A DNA stretch of 64,000 nucleotides. Origin: an uncultured Candidatus Saccharibacteria bacterium (GTDB taxonomy: Bacteria > Patescibacteriota > Minisyncoccia > Phycocordibacterales > UBA9973). The position numbers were made by a program, and so were the translations under genes. The notes below the pieces were generated by a model. That model was not told the DNA's origin. It did not search any database and saw only the letters and a program-made list of their open reading frames with translations. Shown here piece by piece: positions 9,011 to 18,155 of this stretch (position 1 is its first letter; the number at the start of each line of letters is the position of its first letter). The DNA lies in assembly GCA_964482735.1 (NCBI GenBank), contig CAYZYV010000004.1:65737-129736 (forward strand). The letters run 5' to 3'.

Positions 9011-9595
9011 TTACTTTCTTCCGCTACCTAGAATTTTTAGAGCCTCTTTAATACGAGCATTGGCTCCCTTTGTATCGCTTGGAATTTGTTTCAAAGCATC
9101 TCTAGCTTCATTTTGAGAATAGCCAAGAGATTTTAGCGCTTCTAGAATATCTTCTTCTTCCCTTATTTGACCATCAGAGAAACTATCGTCTTTGTATATT
9201 GCGAATTTGTCTTTAAGTTCCACAATAATTTTTTCTGCAGTTTTTCTTCCGATTCCAGAAACTTTATTAAGATAACTTGTGTCTCCTGTGGCTATTGCCC
9301 TTCTTAATATTTCTATAGGGGCTATTCCTAAAATTGCCAAAGCCGACTTGGGACCTATTCCGGAAACATCAAGCAATAATTCGTAGAAAGATAATTCGCT
9401 AGGATCTCTAAAACCATAAAGTTCAATTGCATTTTCTCGAACTGCCGTGTATGTCCAAAGAGATATTTCCTCATCTTTCTTTGAGATAGACAAAATGTCA
9501 GAAGTTGCAAAAACCTTGTAACCAACTCCGTTTACATCAACAACTAAAAATTTTTCTGATACATAATCTATGTTTCCTTTAAGTTTGGATATCAT
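9011..9595 (-). CDS. ruvA: Holliday junction DNA helicase RuvA
   Basis: 194 aa, MISKLKGNIDYVSEKFLVVDVNGVGYKV, with RuvA domains I-III. Confidence 0.85.
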   Translation of the reverse strand: MISKLKGNIDYVSEKFLVVDVNGVGYKVFATSDILSISKKDEEISLWTYTAVRENAIELYGFRDPSELSFYELLLDVSGIGPKSALAILGIAPIEILRRAIATGDTSYLNKVSGIGRKTAEKIIVELKDKFAIYKDDSFSDGQIREEEDILEALKSLGYSQNEARDALKQIPSDTKGANARIKEALKILGSGRK

Positions 9596-9734
9596 AAGTC
9601 TATTATACTAAAAATTTAGGTTTTTGCAGAGCCCTAACTTTTAACAGCCGATATTCTTCTTCTGTCCCTGAGATAAGGGAAGAGTAAGAAGAGAGAGTGC
9701 TGTGGTTTTATCTATATAAACAAGATTTTGCAAT

Positions 9735-9776
9735 TTACATATTTTGTAAGCTATCGCTTACAAAATATGTAAATGA
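9735..9776. promoter_or_regulatory. 42-bp perfect palindrome 30 bp upstream of pilin-like gene 1
   Basis: atttacatattttgtaagc-tatc-gcttacaaaatatgtaaat; a related palindrome lies at 43610..43646. Confidence 0.5.
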
Positions 9777-9807
9777 TTGCAATAACAGTTTTGGATAGGA
9801 ATTTTCT

Positions 9808-10620
9808 TTGATGAATACCAAAGGAGATTTCTGGACAAAAATATATTATAATAAAAAAGTGAAAAAGGAATCTCTAAAACCTAATAAAGCCAAAAAAGGA
9901 TTTACCCTCATTGAACTTCTTGTCGTCATCGCTATCATCGGAATACTTTCTGCTGTGGTTATTGCTTCGCTAAACAGTGCTCGAGAAAAGGGGAAGGTTG
10001 CAATGATCAAATCTACTCTCAAGAACATGCAGTCTCAAGCTGAATTAACTTACACAACAAACGGAGATTATTCTACTTTATATAACTCTTCTACCTATGA
10101 TTGTATTGGTTCATTAACTAAAATGGCAGAAAGTTTAACTAATCAAGGAGTAACGGTTAAATGCTATTCTCGTAACAGTTCGTCCCAAAACGATGTCTAC
10201 CTCCGTTTCGGTGCCACTGCTATCATATATAACACTAATAGTTTCAAAGCATGGTCTACAGACCAAAACGGAGTAGCAACTTGGGATCAAAAAGGGGTAG
10301 ACTCGACAGGTGCATATGTTGATGCAGATATTACCTCGGGTATGACATTAGCTATTTCAAACTCCGCTTGTGCTAAAGCAGGAGGAAGACTTCCATCTCT
10401 TGAACAATTGTTTACTCTTAGCAGGGCTTATTATACCGCTTCTGGAAATACATCTTACAAACCCACTAGTGTTGGTTTTAAAGCAAGTTATTACTGGTCT
10501 TCTGTGCTTTCTCCACTTCCATCTGATAATTCACAAGCATACTACGTTAACTTTGGTGCTGATACTAGTATTGGCACTAGTCCTGTTACAAATGGTGGTT
10601 ACGTTCGCTGTGTTAGATAA
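9808..10620 (+). CDS. Type IV pilin-like protein with C-terminal DGR-target-type lectin/FGE-like domain (paralog 1; no cognate TR in window)
   Basis: Prepilin motif KG-FTLIELLVVIAIIGILSAVV. The C-terminus GGRLPSLEQ...YYWSS...GGYVRCVR matches the tail of the DGR2 target. Confidence 0.7.
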   Translation: MMNTKGDFWTKIYYNKKVKKESLKPNKAKKGFTLIELLVVIAIIGILSAVVIASLNSAREKGKVAMIKSTLKNMQSQAELTYTTNGDYSTLYNSSTYDCIGSLTKMAESLTNQGVTVKCYSRNSSSQNDVYLRFGATAIIYNTNSFKAWSTDQNGVATWDQKGVDSTGAYVDADITSGMTLAISNSACAKAGGRLPSLEQLFTLSRAYYTASGNTSYKPTSVGFKASYYWSSVLSPLPSDNSQAYYVNFGADTSIGTSPVTNGGYVRCVR

Positions 10621-10762
10621 AAAATAGCGTTTACTTTAAAGTAAATTTCTGTTATTATCTATTTATTCAAAAACTGTCAGTGTCTCGACATTTTGGATTT
10701 CAAACGAAAAATCAAAAAAGTTTTATTTTATAAAGTTTAGTTAATAATATAATCACAACAAT

Positions 10763-11017
10763 ATGCCAATAACAAAATCAGCAAAAAAGGCTTTGAGAGG
10801 TTCTAAAACAAAAAAGACCAGAAATGATCGAAACAAAAAGAATATCAAAGAAGCAACAAAAAAGATCGAGAAACTTCTAAAAGATAAAAAAGTTTCAGAA
10901 GCCAAAAAGGTTTTACCAGAAGCTTACAAGGCTATCGACAAGGCAGCCAAGAGAGGAGTAATCAAGAAAAATACAGCATCTCGCAAGAAATCTCAACTTT
11001 CAAAAATAACAAAATAA
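10763..11017 (+). CDS. rpsT: 30S ribosomal protein S20
   Basis: 84-aa basic protein, MPITKSAKKALR...KAIDKAAKRGVIKKNTASRKKS. Confidence 0.85.
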   Translation: MPITKSAKKALRGSKTKKTRNDRNKKNIKEATKKIEKLLKDKKVSEAKKVLPEAYKAIDKAAKRGVIKKNTASRKKSQLSKITK

Positions 11018-11097
11018 TAACACTATAAAAACCCCTTAAACAAAGGGGTTTTTATAGTGTTTGGATATTCTGCGTTTATATAATAAAATAATCGAGT

Positions 11098-12318
11098 ATG
11101 AAAAAATTTTTAATTTTAGTTTTTACAATCTTCGTATTTTTGGGTTTCACCAATAATGCTTTTGCCGAGGACAATAGTGTCAAAGCCTATTTCTTTTATG
11201 GAGAGGGGTGTCCACACTGTGCAAAAGAAGAAGCCTTTTTTGAAAGTATAAAAGATAAATATCCTACCTTAGAAGTTAATAGCTTTGAAATTTATCACAA
11301 CAGAGAAAATGTCTCATTGATGAAAGATGTTTCAAATAGACTCAATGCTAATGCAAGCGGTGTCCCTTTTTTGATAATAGGGGATAAGTTTTTAGTTGGC
11401 TATGCAGAAGATGTAACCAACATAGAAATAGAAAATCAAATAAAATATGGGTTGTCTAACACCTTGCCTGATATTGTTGGAGAAATAATAAAAGAAAGAA
11501 ATACTGTTTCGGAAACTTCAAAAGACAACAGACAAGTAAACAGAGAATCAGAAGAAGGTAATATTAACGAGAAAATTCTAAAGTTACCTTTTATTGGGAA
11601 AGTTGATGTTTATAAAGTTTCGATTCCTGTCTTAGCTATCACCATGGGTGTACTAGACGGCTTTAATCCATGCGCAATGTGGGTTTTGATTTTCTTGATA
11701 AGTATGCTAATTGGTATGGGAAATAGAAAAAGAATGTGGGCCATTGGGACAACTTTTATTGTTGCATCTGCGGCGGTTTACTTTATATTCATGGCTGCGT
11801 GGCTAAATCTAATAATCTTTCTTGGCTTTGTAGCCATTATTAGGATTATTATTGGTCTACTTGCTCTCGTTGGTGGAGGTTATAACTTAAAAGAATTTTT
11901 TACAAAAAAGGATGCTACTTGTGAAGTAACGAATGAAAAACAAAAAGAAAAAATAATAGACAAACTAAAAAGGGTAACAAAAGAAAAAAATCTTTTATTG
12001 GCATTGCTTGGAGTAACCGTTTTGGCTTTCATGGTAAATCTCATAGAGCTCGTCTGTTCAGCAGGATTACCGGCTCTATTTGCTCAAGTCTTATCTATGA
12101 ATAATTTGTCCGAAGTAGGATATTATGGATACATCCTTCTCTACATATTCTTCTTTATGATAGACGATCTCATTGTCTTTATAATCGCTATGACAACTCT
12201 TAAAATCACGGGAATCACTACAAAATATTCGAGATACTCACATCTAATTGGAGGAACCCTAATGTTTATTATTGGGATATTGCTAATTTTTAAGCCGGAG
12301 GTTTTGATGTTTGGCTAA
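11098..12318 (+). CDS. Thioredoxin-fold (CPHC) domain fused to CcdA/DsbD-type transmembrane thiol-disulfide transporter
   Basis: N-terminal GEGCPHCAKEE thioredoxin motif. The C-terminal multi-TM region carries the conserved Cys pair NPCAMW / LVCSAGLP of the CcdA/DsbD core. Confidence 0.7.
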   Translation: MKKFLILVFTIFVFLGFTNNAFAEDNSVKAYFFYGEGCPHCAKEEAFFESIKDKYPTLEVNSFEIYHNRENVSLMKDVSNRLNANASGVPFLIIGDKFLVGYAEDVTNIEIENQIKYGLSNTLPDIVGEIIKERNTVSETSKDNRQVNRESEEGNINEKILKLPFIGKVDVYKVSIPVLAITMGVLDGFNPCAMWVLIFLISMLIGMGNRKRMWAIGTTFIVASAAVYFIFMAAWLNLIIFLGFVAIIRIIIGLLALVGGGYNLKEFFTKKDATCEVTNEKQKEKIIDKLKRVTKEKNLLLALLGVTVLAFMVNLIELVCSAGLPALFAQVLSMNNLSEVGYYGYILLYIFFFMIDDLIVFIIAMTTLKITGITTKYSRYSHLIGGTLMFIIGILLIFKPEVLMFG

Positions 12319-12455
12319 AACCTTTAATAATTAAAACCCCGAGCGTCGGGGTTTTAATTATTAGTAAATAAAGATTATTTGTAGTATACTCCGAGTGTCG
12401 TTTACTAATAGCTTATCTAGTAAAAACTAGATAATATAAAAAAGAATATATTTTT

Positions 12456-13037
12456 ATGGGTAATTTTAATGACAGGAGAGGTAAGGGTGGAAATTTCAGG
12501 GGCGAAAACAGAGGTGGTGGTCGTTCAAATTTTGGTGGGAACAGAAGAGGTGGAGATAGAAGGGAAGTCCAAATGCACCAAGCTATTTGTGACAAATGTC
12601 ACAAGAGTTGTGAAGTACCATTCCGTCCATCAAGCGATAAACCAATTTATTGCAATGATTGTTTTAGTGACAAGAGAGGCAATGAGGCTCCTCGTCGTGA
12701 TTTTAAAAACAGAGATTCAAATAGAGATTTTGGAAATAAACAAAACTTTTCTAAACCTTCATTTGAAAAGTCGTCCGGTGATGATATTAAAAAACAGTTA
12801 GCAGATATAAATGCAAAATTAGATAGATTAGCTTCTCTACTTGAAAAAGCTGAAAGCCCAAAAGTTCCTAACACTATCGTTTCTTCTGCAAAACCTGTTA
12901 CAAAAAAAGCAGAGAAAAAAGTTGTAGCTAAGGTTGCAGAAAAGAAAGAAGTGAAAGACAAGAAGCCTGTTGCAAAAAAAGTTTCTGCAGAGAAAAAATC
13001 AAAAGACAAAAAAGTTGTTTCTAAGAAAAAGAAATAA
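12456..13037 (+). CDS. RGG-rich zinc-ribbon (CxxC...CxxC) protein with lysine-rich tail
   Basis: N-terminal RGG/GGN repeats, CDKCHKSCEV...YCNDCF zinc ribbon, and a KK-rich C-terminus. Terminator at 13039..13068. Confidence 0.5.
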   Translation: MGNFNDRRGKGGNFRGENRGGGRSNFGGNRRGGDRREVQMHQAICDKCHKSCEVPFRPSSDKPIYCNDCFSDKRGNEAPRRDFKNRDSNRDFGNKQNFSKPSFEKSSGDDIKKQLADINAKLDRLASLLEKAESPKVPNTIVSSAKPVTKKAEKKVVAKVAEKKEVKDKKPVAKKVSAEKKSKDKKVVSKKKK

Positions 13038-13082
13038 TTAAAAGACTGGGTAGATCCCAGTCTTTTAAGTTAGGGGGATACT

Positions 13083-13230
13083 GGCAGGACCGCGAGTATA
13101 CTTATCGACCTCGACTAAAACTTTTTCGTCAAAAAGTTTTGTCTGGTCACTCTAAGCCGTGCTTGGCCAAGCAATAAGCCAGCTCCTCCGACCTGGGTCG
13201 GAGTCAGGTTCGATTCCTGCGGATATCAGT
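13083..13230 (+). ncRNA. Candidate structured small RNA, copy B (paralog of 4577..4738)
   Basis: The 68-nt core matches copy A. 5' GGCAGGA pairs with 3' TCCTGC next to GTTCGATTCC, a compensatory T/C-A/G change relative to copy A. It lies between the terminators at 13039..13068 and 13231..13279. Confidence 0.35.
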
Positions 13231-13279
13231 AAAACAGTAAGACCCAAATATCTTCATATCTGGGTCAAACTGTTTTATG
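13231..13279. terminator. Bidirectional terminator hairpin
   Basis: gtaaaacagtaa-gaccca-loop-tgggtc-aaactgtttta nested inverted repeats. Confidence 0.5.
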
Positions 13280-13280
13280 T

Positions 13281-13397
13281 GATCCCGGCAGGAATCGAAC
13301 CTGCATCATAACTTCCGCAAAGTTACGTCCTATCCCCGCCCGACTGGAACGACCACTAATCTTGTCCAGTCGTTCGGGCGGGCATTGAATGACAACG
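13281..13397 (-). pseudogene. Partial tRNA-Arg-like copy (D-arm to 3' end, lacks 5' acceptor strand) carrying a 48-nt GC hairpin insert in the D-loop
   Basis: Anticodon arm TAACT-TTGCGGA-AGTTA, T-arm GCAGG-TTCGATT-CCTGC, and 3' CGGGATC-A. Insert 13336..13383 ccgcccga...tcgttcgggcgggc. Confidence 0.5.
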
Positions 13398-13401
13398 CTT
13401 G

Positions 13402-13473
13402 TGCTCTCAGTAGGAATCGAACCTACATCATAACTTCCGCAAAGTTACGTTCTATCCATTGAACTATGAGAGC
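13402..13473 (-). tRNA. tRNA-Arg (anticodon GCG as read from the loop)
   Basis: Perfect cloverleaf on the minus strand: GCTCTCA-TA-GTTC-AATGGATA-GAAC-G-TAACT-TTGCGGA-AGTTA-TGAT-GTAGG-TTCGATT-CCTAC-TGAGAGC-A. Confidence 0.75.
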
Positions 13474-13706
13474 AACTTATTTTTTAAATATTTTCGACCA
13501 GAAGCGGTCTTCCAATATTTTTCTTTTTCTACTGCCTCTTTCAGGGTTGAACACTTTTCAAAATAAACTAAGTCAAACGGAGCATAATGCTTGTTGGACT
13601 TTGTTATTTTACTATTATGTTCAGACAGTCTCTTTTCTAGATTTGAACAGAAACCTTTATAGTAAAAGTCTAAAAATTTACTTTTTATGACATATACATA
13701 ATACAT
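13464..13706 (-). CDS. Mini GIY-YIG nuclease domain protein (80 aa)
   Basis: YVYVIKS...YYKGFCSNLEKRLSEHN is a GIY-YIG core. The start codon lies inside a partial tRNA copy and the stop overlaps the tRNA-Arg 5' end. Confidence 0.7.
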   Translation of the reverse strand: MYYVYVIKSKFLDFYYKGFCSNLEKRLSEHNSKITKSNKHYAPFDLVYFEKCSTLKEAVEKEKYWKTASGRKYLKNKLLS

Positions 13707-13783
13707 AAGTTACATCCTATTCCCGCCCGACTGGAACGACTACCAATCTCGTCCAGTCGTTCGGGCGGGCATTGAATGACTGG
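13700..13783 (-). repeat. Second partial tRNA-Arg-like fragment (D-arm to anticodon stem) with the same 48-nt hairpin insert
   Basis: agttacatcctattc + ccgcccgactggaacgactaccaatctcgtccagtcgttcgggcgggc + attgaatgac; the insert is at 13717..13764. Confidence 0.5.
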
Positions 13784-13868
13784 ACCATTGAAGTTAATTT
13801 ACACTATCAAACCAATTATCGCAAGCCGATAACAAAAAAGGCTGGCTTAAGCCAGTCTTTTTTGTTAT

Positions 13869-14345
13869 TTAGAATCCTATTTTTTCTGCGAACTGAACTG
13901 TTCTAGATTCATCAATTTCAGACTTTTTTATCATTTTACTTGCTTCTATTTTTACTAAATCCGTAATCTCTTTTGGTACAAAAAAGGTGTAAATTGGAAG
14001 AAACTTTTTATTAGTTTCCATCATGAGCTTATCGAACTCTCCACCCTCTACTTCTTTTATGTTAAAACTTTTTAAATCTTTCCAAGGGAATTCTTCTCTT
14101 CCAACCTTAAGTCCGTTATTGTTTATTACGAATTCAAAAATTCTTGGTTGCTTAACTGTAAACATTACTAATGATACTCCTGAAACGAAGATAAATATGG
14201 CAAAAACATAGCTTCCAAACCAAATGGCGGCTACTGTTCCCACAATTGCGATAAGCCCTATAGTCCAAAACCAGTCGTTTGAATGTTCCTTGTGTAAATA
14301 TTCTGGAGCTACCCAACTAATTGTTTCAACTTTTTTTTCTTTCAT
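13869..14345 (-). CDS. Hypothetical membrane protein (2 TM)
   Basis: 158-aa ORF with hydrophobic helices; no recognizable motif. Confidence 0.45.
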   Translation of the reverse strand: MKEKKVETISWVAPEYLHKEHSNDWFWTIGLIAIVGTVAAIWFGSYVFAIFIFVSGVSLVMFTVKQPRIFEFVINNNGLKVGREEFPWKDLKSFNIKEVEGGEFDKLMMETNKKFLPIYTFFVPKEITDLVKIEASKMIKKSEIDESRTVQFAEKIGF

Positions 14346-14405
14346 GTCTTCACAAATTATACCATAAATTGATATTAAAAAGCCATCATTTAGATGGCTT
14401 TTTAA

Positions 14406-14795
14406 TTATTTTTTTGAAGTTTTTGTAACTTTTTTGGTGGTTTTTGCTTTTGTTGCTTTTTTAGGAGCGTTTCCTTTTTGGATTGCTTTCCAGTTTTTCT
14501 TGATTTCTGCAATTGTAGCTTGTAGTTCTTCTTTGTCTATATTTTGTATTTTTGAGTATTTTTGTTGAACCTTATCTATGATTTCATTGTACACAGGTTC
14601 TGTAAGTTCTTTTGCTTCTTCAAATTTTTCAATTATTTCACCTTTCATTTTTACTGCCCAACCCTTGATGGTCTTTCTATTCTTCTTGCCATTTGGACCG
14701 AATAAAAGATATGCTGCTGCACTTAATGCTGCTACTCCGACACCAACTCCTATAACTTGTTTTGCACTAACTCCTTTTGTTTGTTTTTTTGCCAT
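14406..14795 (-). CDS. Hypothetical membrane-anchored lysine-rich protein
   Basis: 129-aa ORF with one TM segment near the N-terminus and a K-rich tail. Confidence 0.45.
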   Translation of the reverse strand: MAKKQTKGVSAKQVIGVGVGVAALSAAAYLLFGPNGKKNRKTIKGWAVKMKGEIIEKFEEAKELTEPVYNEIIDKVQQKYSKIQNIDKEELQATIAEIKKNWKAIQKGNAPKKATKAKTTKKVTKTSKK

Positions 14796-14845
14796 AAAAT
14801 ATATCTCTTTTAGAGATCGTTTATTAAAATTATTAATAATAAAAA

Positions 14846-15118
14846 CTAAATTTTCTTTGCCCGTGTATCTGCTTCTTTTTTAGGTTTTTCTTTCCCAAAA
14901 ATAAAAGTGAAAAGCGGACTTTTTCTAATCTGTTCTCCGAGGTCTCGAAGTCCAACCTCGGCACTTTCAGAATAGTTTCTCAAAATTTTAGATATTTTAT
15001 AAAAGTTTCTAAGGATTTTAAGAAAATAAATAAGCACAACTACTATAATTGCACTTATTACAATTACAGAAATTGAACTGATAAAGAAAAATATATCTGA
15101 CTTTAATACTGATTCCAT
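14846..15118 (-). CDS. Hypothetical small membrane protein
   Basis: 90-aa ORF with one TM helix. Confidence 0.35.
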   Translation of the reverse strand: MESVLKSDIFFFISSISVIVISAIIVVVLIYFLKILRNFYKISKILRNYSESAEVGLRDLGEQIRKSPLFTFIFGKEKPKKEADTRAKKI

Positions 15119-15231
15119 TCATATATTTTATCACTAATTGAAATTAAATAGAATAGCCATACTGGCTCATTTGTGTATAATAGATAATAGATAAGTAAAA
15201 CGTATTAATTATTAACTTTAAATTTACACAA

Positions 15232-15468
15232 ATGACCATAAAAGAATTTTCTAATAAAAACAGTGTTGCTTTATTATATTCAAACATAATATTACTTGCT
15301 TTGGTGGTGGTTCTCTTTTTCTCGCTAGCATACGAAGGGGGGAAGACAAGAGAAAAACTAAAAGTAGAGGATTATAGAATTAAAGAAAATCAAATGTTAA
15401 ATATAAACCAAGATGGCGCATCAAAAACAACCTCGATAACGGTTAATGTCGTTCCTGATAAAGAATAA
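15232..15468 (+). CDS. Hypothetical small membrane protein
   Basis: 78-aa ORF with one TM helix. Confidence 0.3.
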   Translation: MTIKEFSNKNSVALLYSNIILLALVVVLFFSLAYEGGKTREKLKVEDYRIKENQMLNINQDGASKTTSITVNVVPDKE

Positions 15469-15476
15469 AAATTAAA

Positions 15477-15917
15477 CTATTTGTTTTTAGTAATTAAATT
15501 CTGTACCAGTTTATAGATTTTTTCGTATGTTTCCTCTGCGATTTTTTGATCAACATGATTTGGGTTTTCTATGTTCCACCAAATTACCTTGCTGTTATTC
15601 TTTAGAAAATCTGGAATAAAAGGTTCTTCTGCCATAGAAATCATCACTTCATAATCATTAACCATAGAAGGTAATAGCTTTTTAGTGGTATTGTCTCGGA
15701 CATTCATACCGTTTCTCTCCATTATTTCAAAAAAATCTGGAGTTTTAAAAAGGCCTGATAACTTTTGACCCTCTGGTTCATCCGGAGCTCCGACGTAAGT
15801 GCCAACAGAATCAGCATCATTGGAGTTTGTGAGTTTATTATAAATAGCTGCAGCCATTTGGCTTCTAAACCAATTGCCTTTACATATAAATAGTACTTTT
15901 TTATTTTTGTAAATCAC
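15477..15917 (-). CDS. Low-molecular-weight protein-tyrosine phosphatase / ArsC-type arsenate reductase family
   Basis: CX5R P-loop VLFICKGNWFRSQMAAA near the N-terminus. Confidence 0.7.
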   Translation of the reverse strand: MIYKNKKVLFICKGNWFRSQMAAAIYNKLTNSNDADSVGTYVGAPDEPEGQKLSGLFKTPDFFEIMERNGMNVRDNTTKKLLPSMVNDYEVMISMAEEPFIPDFLKNNSKVIWWNIENPNHVDQKIAEETYEKIYKLVQNLITKNK

Positions 15918-15927
15918 CTGAATATTT

Positions 15928-16392
15928 TTATTTGTTTACAAGACCACCAATATAGCTTGCTTCGTAAATACATTTTTCATTTTTGAATATTTTCTCAGTT
16001 CCAGAAAATTTTTCTACACCACCAACTAATTTGTTCTCATATCTCCATTCGTCTTTTTTGTATTCGATAGGACCGCGATAGGGCATATCAACCGTTGTGT
16101 TTGAGAGCGACTCCGTAAGAAAACCGTACACCTCTTTATTTACCCCGTCGTAGACTAAACCGTAATAGACCATCATCCAAACGGGTTTGTTTTCAAAGAA
16201 AATAACTTCGCGACCTCCGTATGGTTCTCCTCCAAAAAAATTATCGTGGTATTTATATAGATCATTTTCGTATTCGATAGTTGTAGAACCGTCCGGTTGC
16301 TTTTTCCAGATATTTTCGTCTCCCGAAGCATATGTTGATCGGTTAGCTTCAAATATGAATTTTTTTAGATTTGCTGTATTAAATGTGTTCAT
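15928..16392 (-). CDS. Hypothetical protein
   Basis: 154-aa ORF with no motif recognized. Confidence 0.45.
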   Translation of the reverse strand: MNTFNTANLKKFIFEANRSTYASGDENIWKKQPDGSTTIEYENDLYKYHDNFFGGEPYGGREVIFFENKPVWMMVYYGLVYDGVNKEVYGFLTESLSNTTVDMPYRGPIEYKKDEWRYENKLVGGVEKFSGTEKIFKNEKCIYEASYIGGLVNK

Positions 16393-16644
16393 GTAAATAA
16401 TTATATTATAATTCTAGTTTTTTAGGTATTTGCATTGTAAGATTGTACAACTATTCTTTTTAACCCTATTGGTTGCTAGGGTATATAATCCAGTCTGTTT
16501 GTACAAAAAAGTCCTTATTTCCCATAATTGCTTTAGCTTTTTTGCTTTCTTTGATATCCAAACCGTATCTTTCTGTATATACATCAGAAAGATTATTAAT
16601 TATTTTCTCTTTTATTCTTTCAAATTTTATATTTTCTTCAGTCA

Positions 16645-17244
16645 TCATCCTTTCAATCTCATCCCTAGAAGAAAAAAGCGCTCACCCCTTTTCAATTTTG
16701 GTATTTCCCCACTGAATAGTAGATTAATTTTCTGTCTCCATATATTAGGATTTGTATTTTCGGATCCAGCATGTTCAATAAGTGCAAATTTTCTAGTAGT
16801 TCGAGCTATCTCTTTTATTATTTTTTTCTGTCTTTCAAAAAAGTTCCACTGAAGTACAAATCTTACAACTGATACGTCGATGCTATTATCTTTAAATGGC
16901 AAATTTTCGGCATTTGCAATTATTTTCTCATCGAGATTGTTTTCAGATAAGGCCCTCTCGTTTATATCAACTGCTATTGTGTGAAAATCATATTCCGGGG
17001 TAATCTGAAGTAATTTATTTACTAATTCTCCTTTAAAAGACTCGATATCACCAATGGTGTATTTTTTACCAGAAGGCAATCTCTTTCTAATTTCGTTTGA
17101 AAGCAAACCCGGGGTTTCATTGTAAGTCTCCTGAGATGCTTTTGTTTTTGCTTCCCCGTAAAAAACTTTTGAAGTATTTTTACCCATATCCTGAATCCCC
17201 ACAGCCTCACTTTTTTGATCTATTTTGTTTGGTTTTTCTTTCAC
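16645..17244 (-). CDS. Hypothetical protein, possibly degenerate SAM-methyltransferase-like
   Basis: ENLPFKDNSIDVSVVRFVLQW resembles methyltransferase motif IV-V regions, but no clear GxGxG motif is present. Confidence 0.4.
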   Translation of the reverse strand: MKEKPNKIDQKSEAVGIQDMGKNTSKVFYGEAKTKASQETYNETPGLLSNEIRKRLPSGKKYTIGDIESFKGELVNKLLQITPEYDFHTIAVDINERALSENNLDEKIIANAENLPFKDNSIDVSVVRFVLQWNFFERQKKIIKEIARTTRKFALIEHAGSENTNPNIWRQKINLLFSGEIPKLKRGERFFLLGMRLKG

Positions 17245-17345
17245 TTGTAAATTATACCTTAAATATATAATTTAAGGTATTTGAGTTTTCTGATACTTTA
17301 TTTCTTTGCGGGTCATGTGAGTTCAGTACCCACAATACTAATGTT
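17245..17345 (-). promoter_or_regulatory. Promoter/leader with near-perfect palindromic operator (accttaaatatataatttaaggt); paralog at 18156..18250
   Basis: A ~90-nt direct repeat lies upstream of two consecutive minus-strand genes and contains a TATAAT-like box overlapping a 23-bp palindrome. Confidence 0.45.
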
Positions 17346-17381
17346 AATAAGGATATCTTAGCACATTTTGAAGAATATAAA

Positions 17382-18155
17382 CTAGCCCTGTGAGTCTTGC
17401 TTATTTTCAATAAATTGTTTAAAACCCTCTATGTCTTGATTAGATCCTAATATATGAATTTGTTCTGATGAGTTAAATACTGCGATATCATCACCAAGAG
17501 TACCTTGTTCTACCACGTTTTTAATTATCGTACCATCAAACTCATTTTTTCTAGCATACTCTGCAATTTCATCAGTGGAAATATCTGACACAACAACCTC
17601 ATCAACTGTATAAAATTGTTTAGCATTCTGGTATTGTTTGGTTTTAAATATATCTGATTTTGATGAAAAATATTCTGACTTTATATCAAATTCATCAGTT
17701 GCATCTAATCCAGTTTCTTTATCAACAACCTTATACCCAACTCCCTGATAATTTGCCCCTTTAAAATCTACCTCGTAAGGATTTGTAATATCTATGATTA
17801 CTGAATATATTTTTTCACCCCCCTCATACGAAGTTCCAAGTGGAATACTTTTAAAATATTGTTTTGCTACTTCATAGTTTTTAGTAAAAAAGACAACATT
17901 ATCAGGAGTCCCATACGCTTTAGATTTTATGTCTTCAGATGTATTATCAAACTCATCAAATGTGCTAGCACTGCCATGATATACGATATCTTTTATCTTA
18001 CTCTCTGGGAAAATAGTATCTAAATATTCAGAATATTGTTCTTTTGTCCCAATTTGTACTAATTCTGGATTTTGTTCAAATACAAAATCCACACCCTCTC
18101 TAATGTTAGGTTTTTCTACTCTATTTTCTTGGGTTATTTTTGGCAATCCTTCCAT
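17382..18155 (-). CDS. Hypothetical protein
   Basis: 257-aa ORF with no confident family assignment. Confidence 0.45.
   Translation of the reverse strand: MEGLPKITQENRVEKPNIREGVDFVFEQNPELVQIGTKEQYSEYLDTIFPESKIKDIVYHGSASTFDEFDNTSEDIKSKAYGTPDNVVFFTKNYEVAKQYFKSIPLGTSYEGGEKIYSVIIDITNPYEVDFKGANYQGVGYKVVDKETGLDATDEFDIKSEYFSSKSDIFKTKQYQNAKQFYTVDEVVVSDISTDEIAEYARKNEFDGTIIKNVVEQGTLGDDIAVFNSSEQIHILGSNQDIEGFKQFIENKQDSQG

Noticed and set aside
4667-13150. The 68-nt inverted repeats as terminal inverted repeats of an 8.4-kb transposon or island
   Set aside because: The intervening DNA encodes core housekeeping genes (fpg, ruvA, rpsT) with no transposase. Each repeat also continues into its own divergent structured segment, which fits independent RNA genes better.
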